Both the position numbers and the translations under genes were made by a program. From NCBI GenBank assembly GCA_951813855.1, contig OX638380.1:386876-450875 (forward strand): a stretch of 64,000 nt of DNA. Reading direction: 5' to 3'. Source of the DNA: an uncultured Verrucomicrobiae bacterium. GTDB taxonomy: Bacteria > Verrucomicrobiota > Verrucomicrobiia > Limisphaerales > AAA164-E04. Shown here in pieces: positions 60,060 through 64,000 of this stretch. The notes beneath the pieces are model-generated. The model was not told where the DNA came from, made no database searches, and saw only the letters and a program-made list of their open reading frames with translations. Each line of letters begins with the position of its first letter. The first letter of the stretch is position 1.

Positions 60060-60248
60060 TCAGATCCCGACGCTGTTGACATGATAAATGAACCAAGCGA
60101 CGAGGGCGGATATTACCAGTCCCACGACCAACGCGGCCCTCAGGAAGGTAGCGCGTTTGCGTTTATTCGACCGCCCCATGCCCGGCAACAGATAATAGCG
60201 ATGCTCGTCCTTGTTCCGTTTCCGGCCAAAGAGTCTCATTATCCGCAC
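60060..60248 (-). CDS. small basic single-TM protein
   Basis: 62 aa with a Lys/Arg-rich N-terminus and one TM (LRAALVVGLVISALVAWFIY). Lies 96 nt upstream of 59963 on the same strand. Confidence 0.3.
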   Translation of the reverse strand: MRIMRLFGRKRNKDEHRYYLLPGMGRSNKRKRATFLRAALVVGLVISALVAWFIYHVNSVGI

Positions 60249-60355
60249 GGCTTCAGTCTGCCTCTACGGCGAGCGAATGACAACTCATTTGCCCGCGTTC
60301 CGGAGTGTCTGCCGTTGAAACTTCGCGGTTTTGCGGCGATAATCCGCCGTCAGCG

Positions 60356-62866
60356 ATGTCAGGGCTCCAGCGACCATTCGCCCAAGCACCGGGACTCCAC
60401 CAGCTGCTGGCGCCGGATTTATGGCAGCACCGGGCCATCTCGTTGCTCAAACAAGGACATGACGTCGTAGTCCAGGCGCCGACCGGCGCCGGTAAAACCT
60501 TGATTTTCGAATTCTGGTTGCGCTCGAAGTCGCGTCGGGGGCAAGCGATCTACACCGTTCCTACCCGGGCGCTCGCCAACGATAAATACTCGGAGTGGCT
60601 CGCCAAGGATTGGGATGTTGGAATCGCCACCGGCGATCTTTCCGAAAACCTGAAGGCGCCGGTGGTGGTGGGCACGCTGGAAGCGCAACGCAATCGCCTC
60701 CTGGAAGAACCCTTCCCCCAATTGTTGGTGATCGACGAATATCAGATGATCGGCGATTCCGATCGGGGACTGCACTACGAGTTGGCGATCGCTCAAGCTC
60801 CGCCCGAAACCCAGTTGCTGTTGCTGAGCGGCAGCGTCGGCAATCCGGAAGCGGTCGTCGGCTGGTTACGGCATCTCGGTCGCCGGGCCGAAAGCGTTTA
60901 CCACGACGAAAGACCCGTCCCCTTGGAGGAGGTTTCGTTGGCCGGGTTCCGCCACAAGTTGCCTCGTCAAATCCGCGACTACTGGCCTCGCATGATGGCG
61001 CAAGCGCTCGCCGAGAACTTGGGGCCGGTCCTGATTTTTTCTCCCCGCCGCGCCGCCGCCGAAAATTTGGCCGCCGAGCTGGCGGCGCAGTTGCCCAACC
61101 CCCAGCCCCTGGAATTGACGCCCGCCCAGCGCCAATTGGTCGACGAACGCATGGCCAAGATGTTGCACAGCCGGATCGCCTTCCACCACAGCGGCCTCGG
61201 TTACGCCGCCCGCGCCGGGGTCATCGAACCCCTCGCCAAGGCCGGCCAGTTGCGCCTCGTCGTGGCCACCATGGGGCTGGCCGCCGGAATCAATTTTTCG
61301 TTGCGCAGCGTCGCTGTCGCAGCTGATTCGTACCGAGTCGATTTCCGGGATCATCGTCTGGAACCGAACGAAATCCTGCAAATGTTCGGCCGGGCCGGAC
61401 GAAGAGGAATCGACAGCACCGGCTACATCCTGGTCGGCGCCAATCAGATCCGGATGCGCGACGCCTTTCCCTTGGCGCTCCAGCGCAGTCGTCTGATCGA
61501 CTGGAACACGCTTTTGAACATCATGAACCAGGCCTGCGCCCGGAACGAATCCCCCTATCGCGCCGCGGTGGCCGTTCAGGACCGGCTCTTCGCCACCCAT
61601 CCCATACCGCTCGGGGTGGAAACGTCGTTGGAACATCCCCAGGCTCCCTGTGGCTTGGCGACCGATCCCGAACGGGCCCGCTTGATTCGCCGTAAATTAA
61701 CCGAATACCGGAACAGCCAAGGAGAATGGGAAGCGAACCTAACCAAAGAGGAACTTCCCCTCGCCGAAATCCTCGTGCCGATCTATACCGATCCGGAAAG
61801 CGAAGGCCCGGTCGAGTTGATCCCGGTTCTTTCTCATCTTCCCGCGTTGCAACAAATCGTGACTGATCGGCTGGTGCCGGTCGGAAAAGAACGGAATCGG
61901 ATCGTCTACGGCCGCTCGATTCACTTGGCCGACCGCCTGTTGAACCGGCGTTATCTGTTGACCAAAACCCTGCGCCGCCTGATCGCCTGGAACGGCCGGC
62001 AAGTCACCGGAAAACGGTGGGAAGAAAAAATCGCGCCGCAATTGGAAGCATGCCTGGCCGCCCGGCAGACTCCCGTCTTACGCTACGAACACGACGGCAG
62101 GAATTGCCGAGCCGTGGTCGATCTGGCTCGGTTCAAGACGCTGACGCCGGTCGATCGCCACGGCGTCGCGCTGTTCCGGCCCACCAAACGGAAGGTCGGA
62201 CCGGCTCTTTGCCGGACCTGCCGTTACGCTTCCGTCTGCCGCTCCCTCGCCCCGGCTTCCGCTACCGCGACCTATTGGCGCGAATTGCAATTGACTCACC
62301 CGAACGGTTGTCCGACCGACCGGGGACGAATCATCAGCTTTCTGGGCCGGGAAGACGGACTGGCCCTGACGGCCGCCTTGGGCGACGCCAATTATCCCTT
62401 GGAGGAGTTGATCTTCGACCTGGCCAACTTGGATGCCGGATTCCGGTTCTGCCCGGAGGAAGCCCGTTGGGCCGGCGCTCTGGCTCGGGCTTGCAAGCAG
62501 ACTTACGGTTCCTTCAACGCGCCCGGGTATTTAGAGAACGGCCTTCCGCCCAACTACGGCTTCGGCGCCTCGGATTTGATCGCCGACCTTTATCGCAATC
62601 CGGCCGCGGCGCGAAAACGAACCGGCGACTATTTGGAAGTAGGCGATATCGAACGCATCCTGATCGAATGGCGCAGCCGCTTGCGACGGATCGTTCAGGC
62701 CCCGGCACTGGACTCGGACCGTTGGACCGACCTGCAACGATTGGCGCGCCACACTCTGAACGAAACCAAGTCACCGGCCAGAACTGAGCTTCCTTCGCTC
62801 TCACCGTTGCAACGAGAGCGCCCCGACCACCGGCTCAGTTGGCGAACCGTTCGTCACGAAGGCTGA
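60356..62866 (+). CDS. Ski2/HelY-like DExH-box helicase with an uncharacterised about 400-aa C-terminal region
   Basis: Motif I APTGAGKT, motif II VIDEYQMIGDSDRG, motif VI region FHHSGLGYAARAGVIEPLAKAGQLRLVVATMGLAAGINF...QMFGRAGRRG. The C-terminal part has a Cys cluster (CRTCRYASVC). ATG at 60356; the ORF-track GTG is at 60305. Confidence 0.8.
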   Translation: MSGLQRPFAQAPGLHQLLAPDLWQHRAISLLKQGHDVVVQAPTGAGKTLIFEFWLRSKSRRGQAIYTVPTRALANDKYSEWLAKDWDVGIATGDLSENLKAPVVVGTLEAQRNRLLEEPFPQLLVIDEYQMIGDSDRGLHYELAIAQAPPETQLLLLSGSVGNPEAVVGWLRHLGRRAESVYHDERPVPLEEVSLAGFRHKLPRQIRDYWPRMMAQALAENLGPVLIFSPRRAAAENLAAELAAQLPNPQPLELTPAQRQLVDERMAKMLHSRIAFHHSGLGYAARAGVIEPLAKAGQLRLVVATMGLAAGINFSLRSVAVAADSYRVDFRDHRLEPNEILQMFGRAGRRGIDSTGYILVGANQIRMRDAFPLALQRSRLIDWNTLLNIMNQACARNESPYRAAVAVQDRLFATHPIPLGVETSLEHPQAPCGLATDPERARLIRRKLTEYRNSQGEWEANLTKEELPLAEILVPIYTDPESEGPVELIPVLSHLPALQQIVTDRLVPVGKERNRIVYGRSIHLADRLLNRRYLLTKTLRRLIAWNGRQVTGKRWEEKIAPQLEACLAARQTPVLRYEHDGRNCRAVVDLARFKTLTPVDRHGVALFRPTKRKVGPALCRTCRYASVCRSLAPASATATYWRELQLTHPNGCPTDRGRIISFLGREDGLALTAALGDANYPLEELIFDLANLDAGFRFCPEEARWAGALARACKQTYGSFNAPGYLENGLPPNYGFGASDLIADLYRNPAAARKRTGDYLEVGDIERILIEWRSRLRRIVQAPALDSDRWTDLQRLARHTLNETKSPARTELPSLSPLQRERPDHRLSWRTVRHEG

Positions 62867-63527
62867 CTTACGAGCCCACGGCGCCTCTCCCAATCAGGAA
62901 GACCGCTCTTCCGGGATTGTCAAGGGCGCCTGATCTCGACCGCCAGTTCAAGCTTCATATGGCCGACGGTTCACGAGAGTCCTTACGTTTCGACGACCGG
63001 GTCGAACCGGGACCGGGTTTTCGCTACGCAACCTGCAGCGCCAGGGATGGGGACGCTCGTTCCATCGCTTCCTCAAAACGGTTTAATGAACGGCAACCAA
63101 ATGCCCGGCCTCGATTCAACGGGCTTGCCGCTCTGCCGTTCGATAATCCGGGATCAACCCCGGACGGGATTCAAACGGCAGGATCCGGCGACGGCTACCG
63201 TTCCCAACGACCGCAAGCTACCTTGAGCCGCAGCGCCGATAACACCGATACGGTCTCAACAGAGTTCACGCTGATCACAGGGTTCGATGCCGCCAGGATC
63301 GGTTCCCGGCTTCCGGGGACCTACCTCGGGTGACAGTCGGCAAACTCGATGGCCGGTTACCGCCCAGACCGTCAGGGTAATCATTGCGGTCGGGAAACTT
63401 TACCGTAAATCGAAATCAAGGAATCAAACGCGTGGAAAACCTCAAGACGGCCGGAGGCGTCGCCAAATGACGGACGGGACTTTGAATTCGCCTTGATTCG
63501 CCGGTGGTTCGTTGTAAGGTGGCCGCG

Positions 63528-64000
63528 ATGTCTTCGATCACCGGTTCCAAGCGTACCATGGCATCGGCCGCCCCCGAGTTGGACGATCTCCAAAATCAAC
63601 CTGAGGGCCGAGGTATCGCCATCGACCGAGTCGGCATCCGGGATTTGGAAATGCCGATTCGGGTGCACGACCGGGACCAACACATTCAAGAAACCGTCGG
63701 CAAACTCGGGATGTTCGTCAATCTGTCACCCGAACTTCGGGGGACGCACATGAGCCGATTCATCGAAGTGCTCAACGACCATAATCGTCTGTTCGGCTCC
63801 GAGCGAATGGAGGGAATCCTGAAAACCATGCGAAGCCGGTTGCGGTCCACCCGAGCCTTCTTGGAAGTAGACTTTCCTTTTTTTCGACTCAAGAGTTCCC
63901 CCGTCACGGAGCTCTACGGCCCCATGAACTATCAAGTTTCGATCCAGGCCGACCAAACCGAAGATCACACGACGACGACTTTGACCGTCCGCATCCCGGT
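63528..64000 (+). CDS. folE2: GTP cyclohydrolase FolE2 (type IB), N-terminal part; continues beyond the window end
   Basis: Hand translation from ATG 63528: MSSITGSKRTMASAAPELDDLQNQPEGRGIAIDRVGIRDLEMPIRV...MFVNLSPELRGTHMSRFIEVLN... GTHMSRF is the FolE2/MptA signature. Open to the window end, so it is absent from the ORF track. Confidence 0.8.
   Translation, partial: MSSITGSKRTMASAAPELDDLQNQPEGRGIAIDRVGIRDLEMPIRVHDRDQHIQETVGKLGMFVNLSPELRGTHMSRFIEVLNDHNRLFGSERMEGILKTMRSRLRSTRAFLEVDFPFFRLKSSPVTELYGPMNYQVSIQADQTEDHTTTTLTVRIP

Noticed and set aside
62839-63333. 164-aa + ORF in the 660-bp gap between the helicase and folE2
   Set aside because: Low-complexity, Arg/Ser/Pro-rich with no recognisable motif, and it overlaps the helicase stop. 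Not supported as a gene; the gap may be regulatory, but no known riboswitch pattern was recognised.

Overview
GC-rich chromosomal window of about 50 genes. The gene content (secreted PQQ-type beta-propellers, arylsulfatase, SIMPL, a large membrane-anchored coiled-coil operon, many spurious long antisense ORFs) suggests a Planctomycetota-like genome; this is inference only. The core is mostly envelope, transport and metabolic genes: a 2x(ABC ATPase + permease) operon; a co-directional M49 peptidase - OPT transporter - DUF819 - spermidine-synthase-like fusion - PQQ propeller cluster; a translationally coupled 4-gene envelope operon; two NodT/TolC-type outer-membrane factors; sulfatase; pgm; a Ski2-like helicase; folE2. 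Two genes that run off the window edges are missing from the ORF track and were recovered by hand: an OMF lipoprotein at 2..703(-) and FolE2 at 63528..64000(+). The notable part is mobile-element activity, with five IS elements of five different types. (1) An IS66-type element has about 210-bp terminal inverted repeats and an 8-bp TSD. (2) An ISAs1-type transposase carries a DUF4338-like N-terminal module. (3-4) An IS4-like element sits inside an IS5/IS1182/ISNCY-like element, which sits inside a D12-class DNA adenine methyltransferase gene; both insertions have perfect 9-bp TSDs and restore in frame when removed. (5) A Tn5-like IS carries the same DUF4338-like module, and its transposase is split by one frameshift. 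The same AT-richer island (about 32.6-43.2 kb) holds an RCC1-like gene made of 12 near-identical 117-bp tandem repeats with an in-frame TAG at a conserved Trp. Next to the island is a multiply frameshifted pyridine-nucleotide-disulfide oxidoreductase pseudogene beside its TVP38/DedA partner. No rRNA, tRNA or CRISPR array was recognised.
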